Source of the DNA: Candidatus Latescibacterota bacterium | GTDB lineage: Bacteria > Latescibacterota > UBA2968 > UBA8231 | Assembly: GCA_965248355.1 (NCBI GenBank) | Contig: OZ252098.1 | Span: 3,488,001-3,552,000 of the forward strand | Direction: 5' to 3' | Length of the DNA: 64,000 nt | Shown here: piece after piece, positions 28,939 through 39,800 of the stretch | How the letters are laid out: each line of letters opens with the position of its first letter | Numbering within the stretch: the first letter of the stretch is position 1 | Translations under genes and position numbers: made by a program | Notes under the pieces: generated by a model | What the model was told of the DNA's origin: nothing | Databases searched by the model: none | Seen by the model: only the letters and a program-made list of their open reading frames with translations

Positions 28939-29765
28939 GGCGCCTGCACCTGGGGCTCCCGGGGCAACAGCTCCAGGGGCTGCACGATCTTGCGGCGCTC
29001 CGGTGTCAGCCGCTCCAGCAGCTCCGGCGACGGCGCGTACCCGAGCCGGAAGTTGCCCCACGACGGGCCGTAGCGGTAGACGCAGACGCGCCGCTCCCCC
29101 GGTTTGCTGCGACGGGCCGAGCCGTGGGAGATGCCGTCCACGAAGATGAGGACGTCGCCGGCGGCGATGTGCACCTCCTCGGCGGCCTCGACGCCCTCCA
29201 CGGTGGCGCCGCCGGGTTTCATGTGGTGCCGGTGGAACTCCGGGTGCTGGAAGTTCGACTTGTGACTGCCCGGGATCAGCATGGTGCAGCCGTCGCCCGG
29301 TCCGATATCGGTGAGAGCCATCAGCACGTTCACCTGGCCGCACATGAAGCGCCCGCCGTGGAAGCGGAACTGGTTGCGGTGGATGGGCGGATGCCCGCCC
29401 GAGTGCAGGCCGATGGCCTCGCCCGGGCCGCGGAAGCCGGCCAAGCACTCGTCGATGAAGAGCGGGCCGTGGTGGTAGTCGAAGGTGCCCGCGCCGCCGA
29501 CGAAGAGCTTGACGTGCTCGATCCAGGAGGGGTGGTCGATGAGCCGCTCGAAGGGCTCCCCGGCCTCGTAGATCTGCTGGTAGTTGAGGCCGTCCAGGGT
29601 GCCGTAGGTGTGGCCCTGGACATGGCCGTACCACTGGCCCGGCTCCAGGCGCGGGATGGCGTCGAGGCCGGCGTTGCAGGCGGCGACCTCCGCCGGCGAC
29701 AGGGCGCCGGGCAGATGGATGTAGCCGCGCAGGTCGAAGAGGTAGACGTCGAGATCGGGGACCAT
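28935..29765 (-). CDS. PhyH-family dioxygenase (HxG variant)
   Basis: FDLRGY, LHSGG, LIPGSHK, AGDVLIF and SHG. Confidence 0.85.
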   Translation of the reverse strand: MVPDLDVYLFDLRGYIHLPGALSPAEVAACNAGLDAIPRLEPGQWYGHVQGHTYGTLDGLNYQQIYEAGEPFERLIDHPSWIEHVKLFVGGAGTFDYHHGPLFIDECLAGFRGPGEAIGLHSGGHPPIHRNQFRFHGGRFMCGQVNVLMALTDIGPGDGCTMLIPGSHKSNFQHPEFHRHHMKPGGATVEGVEAAEEVHIAAGDVLIFVDGISHGSARRSKPGERRVCVYRYGPSWGNFRLGYAPSPELLERLTPERRKIVQPLELLPREPQVQAP

Positions 29766-29774
29766 GTCGGGCCT

Positions 29775-30161
29775 TCAGGCCGCCCGGGGCAGCTGCGGCA
29801 GCCGGTCGAAGTGGGCGTCGCGGGAGAGGAGGTGCACGTCGTTCTCCACGACCAGCGCAGCGATCCACAGGTCGTTGGTGGGGATCGGCGTCCCCTGGGT
29901 GCGCAGCTGCAGGAAGAGCTGTGCGTACTGGCGCGTCGTGGCCGCGGTCGGGAAGAGGACCTCGACTCTCGGCGAGGAGAGGAACCGATCCAGCACGCGC
30001 TCGTTCTGCCCAGTCCGAGAGCCGGCCAGGAAGCCGGCGCGCAGCTCGCCTAGTGTGATGAAGGGCAGGTAGACGCGCTCCGCTCGCTGCACCAGGTCGA
30101 GGCAGGCGGGATCACCCGCGCAGAAGTCCCGGTAACGATTGGTGTCGATGGCGATCCTCAC
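29775..30161 (-). CDS. vapC: PIN-domain toxin
   Basis: IDTN, GELRAG, NDLWIAA and SRDAHF. Confidence 0.9.
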   Translation of the reverse strand: MRIAIDTNRYRDFCAGDPACLDLVQRAERVYLPFITLGELRAGFLAGSRTGQNERVLDRFLSSPRVEVLFPTAATTRQYAQLFLQLRTQGTPIPTNDLWIAALVVENDVHLLSRDAHFDRLPQLPRAA

Positions 30162-30418
30162 GACCAGGATTCTTCGTCGATCACGTCCATCTCCGCGATC
30201 GCCTGGTCGAATCCGGGGTCTTCGACCCAGGTTCCGGCCAGGTGGTCGAGGTCGTGGAACCGCCTTTCTACCCGCTCCAGCCCAAGCCCCTGCTCAAGGG
30301 CCTCCAGGGCGACCCGGTTCAGACTCCAGCCGTAGCTCGCCGCCCTCTCGCGGAGGGCGCGGTCGACGTGATCGGGAACGCCCCGAAGGGTGTACTGGGC
30401 TTTGTGCCTGCTGTTCAT
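30158..30418 (-). CDS. RHH/FitA-like antitoxin
   Basis: YTLRGVPDHVDRALRERAA...SLN; overlaps the vapC start; start uncertain. Confidence 0.8.
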   Translation of the reverse strand: MNSRHKAQYTLRGVPDHVDRALRERAASYGWSLNRVALEALEQGLGLERVERRFHDLDHLAGTWVEDPGFDQAIAEMDVIDEESWS

Positions 30419-30470
30419 GCCTGCAAGGTAGGCATCATTGTGCATGCCCACAAGTGGGGACGGGACCGCC

Positions 30471-31481
30471 TCAGCCCACCCGGTACTTCTCCACGGCCGC
30501 CTTGTCCAGCTCCACCCCCAGGCCCGGCGCCGTCGGCACCTCCACCATGCCGTCCTTCGGCGTCAGGGCGCCGCCGATGAGGTCGCTCTCCCGGGTGAAG
30601 TGCAGGGAATCGGACGGGATCGTGGCGTTGGGGATCACGGCGTGCACGTGGGTGCCGTAGGCGCCCGAGACCCCCAGGCCCAGGCCGACCACCTGCAGCC
30701 ACACCGGCAGGCCGGCGGCCCCGGCCATGCCGGCCATGACCTGCACGCTCTCCACCGAGCCGCCCAGGTTGAAGGCGTCGGCGGCGTCGGCGCGGATGGC
30801 GCTCATGACCTGCTCGGGGTCGTGCAGGTGGGGCGCCAGGGGGATCGTCGAGTGTTGCCGGAAGTGATGGTACTGGTGCCAGCCCGGCCGGTACCGGAAG
30901 GGATCCTCGAAAGCCTGGATGTTGTAGCCCTCCAGTTGCCGGGCCAGCCGCAGGGAGGTGGCGAGGTCCCCGAAGGAGAAGTTGGGATCGACGATGATGC
31001 CGTAGTCCGGCCCGGCGATCTGGGTCATGAGCTCGACCGTCTCGACGATGCTCCAGGGACGCGCCTTCAGCTTGTGGGTCTTGTAGCCGAGCCTGGCTCC
31101 CTCCTCCGCCATGGCCGCGAACTCGGCCGGCTCCAGGGGCGGCGACCACCAGCCCACGGGGACCGCGCTCCAGTGCCTGGCCCCCATGAGGCGGCAGGCG
31201 GGCACGCCGTAGGCCTTGCCGGCGATGTCGTAGCAGGCCATGGCCATGGCGCCGCCCATGGACGCCAGATCCACGGCCAGGGGATCCCTTCCCACCCACT
31301 CCTTCTCGACGCCTTCCATCAGGTCGCCGCGCCCCCCCTCGCCGAGGCCCGTGAGTCCCTCGTCGGTGCGCACCTCGACGATGGTGATCGGGCTGTCCCG
31401 GTACTGGCCCGGCCGGCTCTTCTCGATGGCGGGGATGTGGGGAACGGCGGTGACGTAGCGCTCGATGCTGGTGATCTTCAC
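30471..31481 (-). CDS. Mandelate racemase/muconate lactonizing enzyme (enolase superfamily)
   Basis: TDEGLTGLGE, KLK, VDPN, EDP and PGLGVELD. Confidence 0.88.
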   Translation of the reverse strand: MKITSIERYVTAVPHIPAIEKSRPGQYRDSPITIVEVRTDEGLTGLGEGGRGDLMEGVEKEWVGRDPLAVDLASMGGAMAMACYDIAGKAYGVPACRLMGARHWSAVPVGWWSPPLEPAEFAAMAEEGARLGYKTHKLKARPWSIVETVELMTQIAGPDYGIIVDPNFSFGDLATSLRLARQLEGYNIQAFEDPFRYRPGWHQYHHFRQHSTIPLAPHLHDPEQVMSAIRADAADAFNLGGSVESVQVMAGMAGAAGLPVWLQVVGLGLGVSGAYGTHVHAVIPNATIPSDSLHFTRESDLIGGALTPKDGMVEVPTAPGLGVELDKAAVEKYRVG

Positions 31482-31505
31482 GGATGATCTCCTCTGTGGG
31501 GCCTC

Positions 31506-32003
31506 TCAGGCGGCGGCCCGGGAGGCGTTCCCGGCCTCGAGCTCCAGGAGAAAGCGCTTGATCCGGAGGCCGCCCGCATAGCCCGTCAGGGACCCGCCGG
31601 CGCCGATCACCCGGTGGCAGGGGACGACCACGGGCAGGGGGTTGCGGTGGTTGGCGCCGCCCACGGCGCGCGCCCCCTTCGGCCGGCCGAGGCGGCGGGC
31701 GATCTCCCCGTAGGTGCTCGTGGTTCCATGGGGGATCTCCGCCAGGGCCCGCCACACGCGGCGCTGGAAGGGGGTGCCGCAGGCGTCGAGGGGCAGGTGA
31801 AACTCGACCCGCTCACCGGCGAAGTAGGCGGCCAGCTGCTCGCCGGCGCCGAAGGCGGGCTCGGGCCGGTGCTGCCACTCCGCCGGCACCGCCGGCGCGG
31901 CGTCGGCGCCGACGAACCAGATGCGGCGCAGGCCGGCGGCCGACCAGGCCACCCCCAGGCGGTCGAGGGGCGTGTCCATCACCGCGTAGTTCACTGAGCT
32001 CAT
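31506..32003 (-). CDS. ogt: Methylated-DNA--protein-cysteine methyltransferase
   Basis: GTPFQRRVW, ARAVG and PCHRV. Confidence 0.92.
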   Translation of the reverse strand: MSSVNYAVMDTPLDRLGVAWSAAGLRRIWFVGADAAPAVPAEWQHRPEPAFGAGEQLAAYFAGERVEFHLPLDACGTPFQRRVWRALAEIPHGTTSTYGEIARRLGRPKGARAVGGANHRNPLPVVVPCHRVIGAGGSLTGYAGGLRIKRFLLELEAGNASRAAA

Positions 32004-33037
32004 TCGATCACCTCCCGGGCGTAGCCGAAGAGCGCCGGGTGGCCGCCGGTGTGCAGGAACACCACGGGACCGTCCTGCTTCGTCAGTTGGCCCTGGCGCA
32101 CGTGGGAGAACAAGGCCGACATGGCCTTGCCCGTGTAGACCGGATCCAGCAGCACCCCCTCGGTGCGGGCCGTGGTGCGGACCGCCTCGAGGCAGGCCTC
32201 GGTGGGGATCCCATATCCCTCGCCGACGAAGGACTCCTCGTTGTCGAAGTCGCCGGCCGAGAGCTCCACCTCCAGGCCGATGCGGCGGGCCCCCTGGGCG
32301 GCCAGGCGGCGCATCTCCTCGTGGCGCCGGGGGTGGTTCTCGATGGGGGTGAAGCCGCGCACGTGGATGCCGCTGCCGAGGAACTTCAGGCCGAGCACGA
32401 CGCCGGCCTGGGTGGTGTCGCAGGCGGCCACGTACAGGAACCGCGGCTCGATGCCGAGCTGCCGCGACTGCCGTACTACCTCCAGAGCCGCCTCGGCGTA
32501 GGCCAGGGCGTCGAGGTCGACCGTCTCCTCCGTGCGCGGCACGTAGACCTTGCGGCCCTCGGCGCGCAGCTGGCTCGCCTTGTCGTCGAGCGCCCGGGCG
32601 TGGGACCCGCGGCAGGACTCGTGGTGGACGGTCATCCGGGCGCCGAGAAGGCGCATCAGCAGGTGGTTGCCCTGGATCTCCTCGTGGTCGATGCCGCGCA
32701 CCGGCCGCAGGACCAGGTGCAGCTCGAGGCCGAGGCGGGCGCAGGCGGCCGACATCTGCCGGCAGTAGTTGGACTGCACGGCGGCGCCGGTGACGATCGC
32801 CTCGGCCCCCTGCTCCAGGGCGTCGGCCAGGGAGAACTCGAGCATGCGCGTCTTGTTGCCGCCGAGGGCCAGGCCGGTCAGATCGTCGCGCTTGATGAGG
32901 ATGTCGGGTCCGCCGAGCTCGGCGCTGAGACGGGGCAGGGGCTCCAGCGGCGTCGGCCGCACCGACGCCAGCTGCACGCGGGGCAGGGTGGCCAGCGCGG
33001 TCTCGAGCTCGCGCTCGCGCTCGGGGGTCATGTTCAT
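32000..33037 (-). CDS. D-cysteine desulfhydrase/ACC deaminase family PLP enzyme
   Basis: KRDDLTG.ALGGNKTR, QSN, LDPVYTGK and FLHTGG. Confidence 0.88.
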   Translation of the reverse strand: MNMTPERERELETALATLPRVQLASVRPTPLEPLPRLSAELGGPDILIKRDDLTGLALGGNKTRMLEFSLADALEQGAEAIVTGAAVQSNYCRQMSAACARLGLELHLVLRPVRGIDHEEIQGNHLLMRLLGARMTVHHESCRGSHARALDDKASQLRAEGRKVYVPRTEETVDLDALAYAEAALEVVRQSRQLGIEPRFLYVAACDTTQAGVVLGLKFLGSGIHVRGFTPIENHPRRHEEMRRLAAQGARRIGLEVELSAGDFDNEESFVGEGYGIPTEACLEAVRTTARTEGVLLDPVYTGKAMSALFSHVRQGQLTKQDGPVVFLHTGGHPALFGYAREVIE

Positions 33038-34146
33038 CGTCCTTTCGGCCAGTCCCTGGGCGGCCGCTTCGGCAGCTTCGACTGGCGGTGGCACGCCTCC
33101 ATCACCGCCATCTGCACGCGCACCTGGCGGGGGGTGATGTGGAGCTCCTCTCGGCCGCGCAGAACACTATGAAGGTGATCGTAGAACCGGCGCGACATCC
33201 ACCCGAAGGAGTTGGCCTGGGCCTTCGTCGGCGTCCAGCTCTTCTCGGTGAACTTCAGCTCCTCGCGGCAGTAGGCCCGGTCGGGGAGAGGCGAGCGGAT
33301 GAGCCGCCGCTTCGGCGCCGTTTTCTCATCGAAGTACCGCCAGCGCAGGCCTCCGTCGCCGCCGCTCAGGCCGCCCCGCGTCCCCTGGACGGTGATCGTC
33401 TCCCCCGGGTAGGCGTCGCAGCTCGAGATCTCCAGGTCGATCACGGGAGCGCCCTTCCTCCGGAGCACCACCTTCACGTAGTCCTCGGCGTCGCCGGAGG
33501 TGTTGGCCCGGTCCATGGCGCAGAACACCTCCTCAGGCTTCTGGAAGCCCTGCAGGCAGACGGCCCAGTCGAGGAAGTGGGGACCCGTGTTGAGCAGGTT
33601 GCCGCCTTTGAACTCCTGCAGCGTCTGCCAGTCCCAGCGGCGGGCGAAGCCGCTGGCCGTGATGCGCACCTGCAGGATGCGCCCGAGCACGCCGGAGTCG
33701 ATGACCTCCAGGGTCTTGAGGAACAGGGCCCGGTAGCGGGACTGCTGAAAGGGGGCCAGCACGCGCCGGGCCCGGCCGGCGGCGGCGATCATGCGGTCGA
33801 GCTGGGCCACGTTCCAGGCGGCGGGCTTCTCGCAGACCACGTCGTGGCCGGCCTTGAGGGCCTCGATGGTGACCGGCGGGTGGAGGTGCGAGGGCAGGGC
33901 GTTGACGATCAGGTCGAGGTCGTCGCGGGCCAGCAGGTCGCCGTGCTCCCGGTAGCTGTCGCAGCCGAAACGGGTCTCGGCGTGGCGGCGGCGCTCGGCG
34001 AGCAGGTCGGCCACGGCGGCGATGCGGTACTTCCGGGGCGACTGCTCGAACCAGCGGCAGTGGATGCCGTAGCCGCTGCGGCCCTGCCCCAGGACGCCGA
34101 CTCGCAGGGGTCCGGTTGTGCGGCGGCGTGGGTTGGCAGCGGACAT
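33034..34146 (-). CDS. Gfo/Idh/MocA oxidoreductase
   Basis: GQGRSG, CEKP and GGNLLNTGPHFLD. Confidence 0.88.
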   Translation of the reverse strand: MSAANPRRRTTGPLRVGVLGQGRSGYGIHCRWFEQSPRKYRIAAVADLLAERRRHAETRFGCDSYREHGDLLARDDLDLIVNALPSHLHPPVTIEALKAGHDVVCEKPAAWNVAQLDRMIAAAGRARRVLAPFQQSRYRALFLKTLEVIDSGVLGRILQVRITASGFARRWDWQTLQEFKGGNLLNTGPHFLDWAVCLQGFQKPEEVFCAMDRANTSGDAEDYVKVVLRRKGAPVIDLEISSCDAYPGETITVQGTRGGLSGGDGGLRWRYFDEKTAPKRRLIRSPLPDRAYCREELKFTEKSWTPTKAQANSFGWMSRRFYDHLHSVLRGREELHITPRQVRVQMAVMEACHRQSKLPKRPPRDWPKGR

Positions 34147-34244
34147 GGAAGGCAAGACTACGAACGGCCGCTGGCCGCAGCCACCCGGCGGGTGCCCCGC
34201 GCGCCTCCGTTGCCGGCGGTGGGCGCCGGCTTACCTTACCCCGC

Positions 34245-34964
34245 ATGATCCAACGCCTCGATGACGTCGCCCTCTCCACGGGGGAGCCCGTGGCCCTGTT
34301 CCCCGGAACCCCGCGGCGGACGCCGTGGCCGCAGCTGGATCTGCTCGACCTGCCGGCTGGAGCGGTGCACGACGCCCACCCGGCCCCCGACGTGGAGTGC
34401 GGCTACCTGCTGCTGCGGGGAACGGCGGCGGTGGAGCCTGGCGGCGGCGGCGAGCCTGGGGTCGCAGAGGCGTCCGCCGCTCTCCTGTGCGGGGTGGGCG
34501 CGCCCCACCGGCTGACGGCCGGAGGCGGCGGAGCCCGCCTCATCGCCATCGGGGTGAGCGGCGCCGACCCGCGCCGCGGGCGGTTCCGGAGCGAGTCCTT
34601 CGCCCGCGAGCGGCTTCCCTGGCGCGACGCCATCCACGGCGGCGGCGGACGCATCGCCACCCGCCACCTGTGGGGGCCGGAGGACTTCGCCAGCAGCTGG
34701 ACCTTCGTCGACCACGCCGTCCTGTCCCGGGGCAGCTCCCTGGGACGCCACTACCACGAGCACATGGAGGAGTTCTTCGTGGTGTTCTCGGGAGCCGGGG
34801 ACATGACGATCGGCGACCGCACCTTCCGCATCGGTGCCGGCCACGTCACCCTGCAGCGCCATGCCGAGGGCCACGGGCTCCTCAATCCCTGCGAGGAGGA
34901 CCTCGACTTCGCGCGCGTCGCCGTGGCCGCGGAGGGCGAGGCCTTCACCACCATCGATCTGTAG
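34245..34964 (+). CDS. Cupin-domain protein
   Basis: GRHYHEHMEEFF...GHGLLN cupin motif; degenerate N-terminal cupin. Confidence 0.78.
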   Translation: MIQRLDDVALSTGEPVALFPGTPRRTPWPQLDLLDLPAGAVHDAHPAPDVECGYLLLRGTAAVEPGGGGEPGVAEASAALLCGVGAPHRLTAGGGGARLIAIGVSGADPRRGRFRSESFARERLPWRDAIHGGGGRIATRHLWGPEDFASSWTFVDHAVLSRGSSLGRHYHEHMEEFFVVFSGAGDMTIGDRTFRIGAGHVTLQRHAEGHGLLNPCEEDLDFARVAVAAEGEAFTTIDL

Positions 34965-34979
34965 ATCCGGAGACCTGAC

Positions 34980-35948
34980 ATGACGAGCACCACCGATACC
35001 GCCCGCCGCATGGCCGATGCCGCCCTGGCCTTCCTCGACGCCCTCGACGAGGACCAGCGGACCATGGCGCGCCTCGACTTCGCCGACGAGTCCGAGCGCA
35101 CCAACTGGCACTACATCCCGCGCGAGCGCGCCGGCCTGCCGATCAAGGACATGGACGCCGTCCAGCGGGCCCGGGCGCTGGACCTCGTGGCCACGGGGCT
35201 GAGCACGCCGGCCCACCAGCGGGCCCGGACGATCATGGCCCTGGAGTCGGTGCTGGGCGGGCTCGAGGGGCGGGGCCGCCGGTTCCCGCGCGACGAAGAC
35301 CTCTACTACGTGAGCCTCTTCGGCCAGGTCGGCGGCGGCGGCCCCTGGGGCTGGCGCTTCGAGGGCCACCACATCTCGCTGAACAACACCATCGCCGGCG
35401 GCCAGGTGTCGGCGGCGCCCCTGTTCTTCGGCGCCAACCCCGCCGAGGTCCGCCACGGCGAGCTGGAGGGACTGCGGGCCCTGGCCGCCGAGGAGGACCT
35501 GGCCCGCGACCTGCTGTCCCAGCTCGACGGCGAGCAGCGGGGGGCGGCGGTGATCTCCGACCAGGCGCCGGACGACATCCTGACCCGCAACGCCCCGCGC
35601 GTCGGCGGCGAGGTGGCGGCCGAGGGGCTGGCCGCCGGGGACATGAGCCCCGGCCAGCGGGAGTTGCTCGAAGCCCTGGTGCGCGTCTATGTCGAGCGCC
35701 AGCCGGAGGCCCTGGCCGGGATCCAGCTGCGGCGGCTGCGCCAGGGGGACCTGCAGGCCGCCCAGTTCGCCTGGGCGGGTTCGACCCGGCGCGGCCAGGG
35801 GCACTACTACCGCGTCCTGGCGCCGGCTTTCCTGGCCGAGTACGACAACACCCAGAACGACGCCAACCACATCCACGCCGTGTGGCGCGATCTCGCCGGC
35901 GACTTCGGCGGAGATCTCCTGCAACGGCACTACGCGCAGAGCCACTGA
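34980..35948 (+). CDS. DUF3500 family protein
   Basis: WHYIPRER, WGWRFEGHHISLN and NHIHAVWRD. Confidence 0.85.
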   Translation: MTSTTDTARRMADAALAFLDALDEDQRTMARLDFADESERTNWHYIPRERAGLPIKDMDAVQRARALDLVATGLSTPAHQRARTIMALESVLGGLEGRGRRFPRDEDLYYVSLFGQVGGGGPWGWRFEGHHISLNNTIAGGQVSAAPLFFGANPAEVRHGELEGLRALAAEEDLARDLLSQLDGEQRGAAVISDQAPDDILTRNAPRVGGEVAAEGLAAGDMSPGQRELLEALVRVYVERQPEALAGIQLRRLRQGDLQAAQFAWAGSTRRGQGHYYRVLAPAFLAEYDNTQNDANHIHAVWRDLAGDFGGDLLQRHYAQSH

Positions 35949-35975
35949 TCGCGCGGACACCGGAGGAGAGATCCC

Positions 35976-36788
35976 ATGAGCACGATCGGCGCCATCCACC
36001 ACAACTGGCCGGGGTACGACCTGGAGGGCTTCGCCCGGCGGGCGAGCGAGATCGGCTTCGAGTCCTGCGAGCTGCAGATCCGCGACATCTGGGACCAGGC
36101 CGACGACGACGGCGGCCGCCGCGCCGAGGCGGTGCGGGCCATGCTCGACCGCCTCGGCCTGCGGGCCTCGGCCGTCTCCGCGGGCAACGACTTCATCCAG
36201 GCGGACCGGGACGACTTCGAGGCCCAGATCCGCCGCTACCGGCGGGTCTGCGAGATCATCCCGAAGACCGGCACCGACATCGTGCGCTCCGACGGCGGCT
36301 GGGACCGCGGCGGCCAGGTCCCCCGGGAGCGCTGGGACGGCATGATGCTGGAGGCCTTCCAGCGCTGCGCCGAGTTCTTCGAAGAGCTCGACGTGCGCAT
36401 CGCCCTGGACAATCACGGGGTCTCCACCAACGACGGCGACTGGCAGGTCCACCTGATCGAGCGCGTCGGCTCCGACCGCCTCGGCGTCAATCTCGACACC
36501 ATGAACTACCGCTGGTTCGGCCACGACCTGGACCGCATCGACCACTTCTACGAGATCGTCGCCCCCCACACCTTCCACACCCACATCAAGGACGGCACCG
36601 GCTCCCGCTCCGAGTACAAGGGCGCCGCCCTCGGGGAGGGGGAGATCCACCTGGAGCACGCCGTCCGGTGCCTGCGCGACGCCGGGTACTCCGGCGCCTG
36701 GACAGCGGAGTACGAGGGCCCCGAGGGCGAGGGCGGGATCGGCTACGAGAAGTGCTTCCGGTGGCTGCGGGAGAACGTGCCGGAGTAA
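35976..36788 (+). CDS. Sugar phosphate isomerase/epimerase (TIM barrel)
   Basis: DNHG, LDTMN, HTHIKD and EYE. Confidence 0.85.
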   Translation: MSTIGAIHHNWPGYDLEGFARRASEIGFESCELQIRDIWDQADDDGGRRAEAVRAMLDRLGLRASAVSAGNDFIQADRDDFEAQIRRYRRVCEIIPKTGTDIVRSDGGWDRGGQVPRERWDGMMLEAFQRCAEFFEELDVRIALDNHGVSTNDGDWQVHLIERVGSDRLGVNLDTMNYRWFGHDLDRIDHFYEIVAPHTFHTHIKDGTGSRSEYKGAALGEGEIHLEHAVRCLRDAGYSGAWTAEYEGPEGEGGIGYEKCFRWLRENVPE

Positions 36789-36806
36789 GCCCCCGGCCCG
36801 AAGGCG

Positions 36807-39800
36807 TCAGTCCGCCTTCGCCACGTCCTCGATCGCCCGCTCCAGCCGCGCCGCCGAGACGCGTTCGGCCGTGCCCAGCTCCTGGGCGAAGACGGAGACC
36901 CGGAACTCCTCCACCAGCCAGCGCAGCGCCTCGGCCCGCCGGCGCCGCTCCGGCGAGGCCCCGTCCAGGCCTTCGCGGACCTTCTTCCAGGCCTGGCCGA
37001 AGGGAGCCACCTGGGCCGCCTTGGCCCCGTCCCGGCCGGCGTCGGCCTGAAAGCGGTCGGCGCGCACCCTCACGGCCTTGAGATAGCGCACCAGGTGCGG
37101 CAGGCGGTCGAACTCGAGTCCCGCCAGGAAATCCGCCGGCAGCAGGCGCTCGAGATCCTCCTTCAGCCCCGGGTAGGGACGCGGGTGGGCGATCAGCCCG
37201 GACCTCAGGTCCAGGATCTCCCGCATCAGGTCGAGGAAGCGCTGCGACAACCCCTCCAGCCGCTCCCGGGAGCGGGCCACGCGGGCCTCGAAGCGCTCCC
37301 GGGTCAGGGGGAAGACGCCGCCTTCCTGGAACAGGTAGCGGGCCAGGTGCTCGTAGGCCTGCAGCCGTCCGCCGGCCAGGGCCCGCAGATCCATCAACTC
37401 CCGCCGCAGCCAGACCGTCTCGTCCTTCAGGGCCAGCTCGCAGAGCCGCTGGAAGCCCGCCGGAGTGGCGGCGCGCGCCTCCTCGCGGTCGGGGAAGAGG
37501 CGCACGTGGACGGCGTTCTGCTCGAGCACCAGACCCGGGAAGGCGAACACGGGCACGCCGGAGACCCGGGTCACCTCAAGACGCTCGGGGAGGTCCACGA
37601 AGTCGAAGTCGACCACGTCCTCCCGCTCCCAGCGGCCGGCGGCCTCCCGCCAGGCGTCGAGCTGCACGGCGCCGGCCCCCGCCGGCCGGTCGAGCTGTCC
37701 GGACAGGGCCGCCAGGTCCCGGCCCGCGGCCAGGGTGGCGCGGCCGTCGCCCTCGACCTCCACGCGCAGGCGCAGGTGCTCGGGCACGGCTGCCAGATTC
37801 CAGTCGGCGCGGCGCACCTGCAGGCGCCAGTGCTCCTCGATGTAGTGCTCCAGGGCGCTGAGGAAGGCGCCGTCTCCGTGGGCGGGCTTCAGGTCGGCGG
37901 CGATCCGGCGGGCCGTGGACGGCACCGGCACGAAGCGCTTGCGCAGGGCCTTGGGCAGGGAGCGCAGCAGGGCGGTGACGCGCTCCTCGAGCAGCCCGGG
38001 GACCAGCCAGTCGAGGACCTCCGGCCGCACCGCGTCCACCAGGCGGTAGGGCAGGTGCAAGGTGATGCCGTCGGCCTCGGTTCCCGGCTCGTGCCGGTAG
38101 GAGAGGGCCAACTGCTCCCCCACCACGTCGACGGCCTCGGGAAACGCCTCCGTGTCGACGGGAGTGCCGGTGGCGCCGAGCAGTTGCTCTTCGCCGGCGA
38201 ACAGGAAGTCGTCGCGGCCTCCGCGCTCCCGGATCACCCGGTTCAGATCGTGGACCGAGGCCGTGCCCTCCGGCAGCAGCCCGGCGTAGAAGTCGTGCAG
38301 GGCGTCGTCGAGGTCGACCTGGGGGCCCTGGCGCCGGCGGCTCTGCCAGACCTCGAGCCGCTGGTGCAGGCGGCGGTTGTGATCGAGGAAGCCGTGGGCG
38401 ACACTGTCGATCTCCCCGGCGATCAGGCCTTCCCGCAAGAAGATGTCCCGCGCCTCCCGCGGGGCGATCCGGCCGTAGCCGACGCGTCGCTCGGCGACCA
38501 CGAGACCGTGGAGACGGACGGTCTCGTGCGCGAGGACGCGGCCGTCGGAGCGGCTCCAGTGGGGGTCCCGGCAGCTGGACCGGCACAGGTGCTCCCCCAG
38601 ATCCAGGATCCACTCGGGCCGGATGGCGGCGCAGGTGCGCGCGTAGAGCCGGTTCGTCTCCACCATCTCCGCGGCCACCACCCACTCCGCCCCCACAGCG
38701 GCGGCCTCCGCACCCGGCCCCTCCGCCGCCGGCGTCTCCACCCGGCGCTGCCTCGACTCGGAGCGCTGGAACAGCCCCGAGCCGGGAAAGAGCATCGCCC
38801 GCCGCCCGCGGGGCGCCGCATAGAGGTTGCGGTCCTCCCGGCGGGCCACGTGGCTGAAGAGCCCGGTGAGCAGGCAGCGGTGCACGGCCTCGTACGCCGC
38901 CTCGCCTCCGGGGCCGTCCTCGTCGAGCGGGAAGCCGCCCAGCTCCCGCAGGTTGGCGCGCACCTGCGCGTGGATGTCCCGCCATTCGCGCATGCGCAGG
39001 TAGGAGAGGTAGTGCTGCCTGCAGAACCTGCGCAGCTGCGACTGCGTGCCCTGCTCCAGCCGCTCGTGGCAGGCGCGCCAGATGTTGAGCAGGGTGAGGA
39101 AGTCGGAGCGCGGATCGACGAACCGCCGGTGAGCGAGATCGGCCTTCTCCTCCTCCTCGGCCGGGCGCTCGCGCGGATCCTGGACCGAGATGCCGGCGGC
39201 GATGACCAGCACCTCCGCCAGGCTGCCCTCGGCGCGGGCCTGCAGGACCATGCGCGACACCGCCGGCGAGATCGGAATGCGGGCCATGTCCCGCCCCAGG
39301 GGGGTGAGGCGGCGGTCCCGGTCGATGGCGCCGAGCTCCTCCAGCAGCTGGTAGCCGCCGCGGATCGCGGCCTCGGAGGGCGGCTCGAGGAAGGGGAAGC
39401 TCTCGACCGTTCCGAGCTCCAGGTCGAGCATGCGCAGGATCACCTCGGCGAGGTTGGCGCGCTGAATCTCCGGCTGGGTGTGCTCGGGCCGCGCCTGGAA
39501 GTCCTCCTCGCCGTAGAGACGGACGCAGATCCCGTCCTCGACGCGGCCGCAGCGCCCCTTGCGCTGCTCGGCCGAGGAACGGCTGATCTCCTCGATGGGC
39601 AGCCGCTGGGTCTGGGTGCGCGGGTTGTAGCGCGAGATGCGGGCCAGCCCGGTGTCGACGACGTAGCGGATGCCGGGGATGGTGAGGGAGGTCTCGGCGA
39701 TATTGGTGGCGATGACGATGCGCCGGCCCGTGTGGGCGCCGAAGACGCGGTGCTGCTCGGCGGCGCTCAGGCGCGAGAACAGGGGCAGGATCTCGACGCC

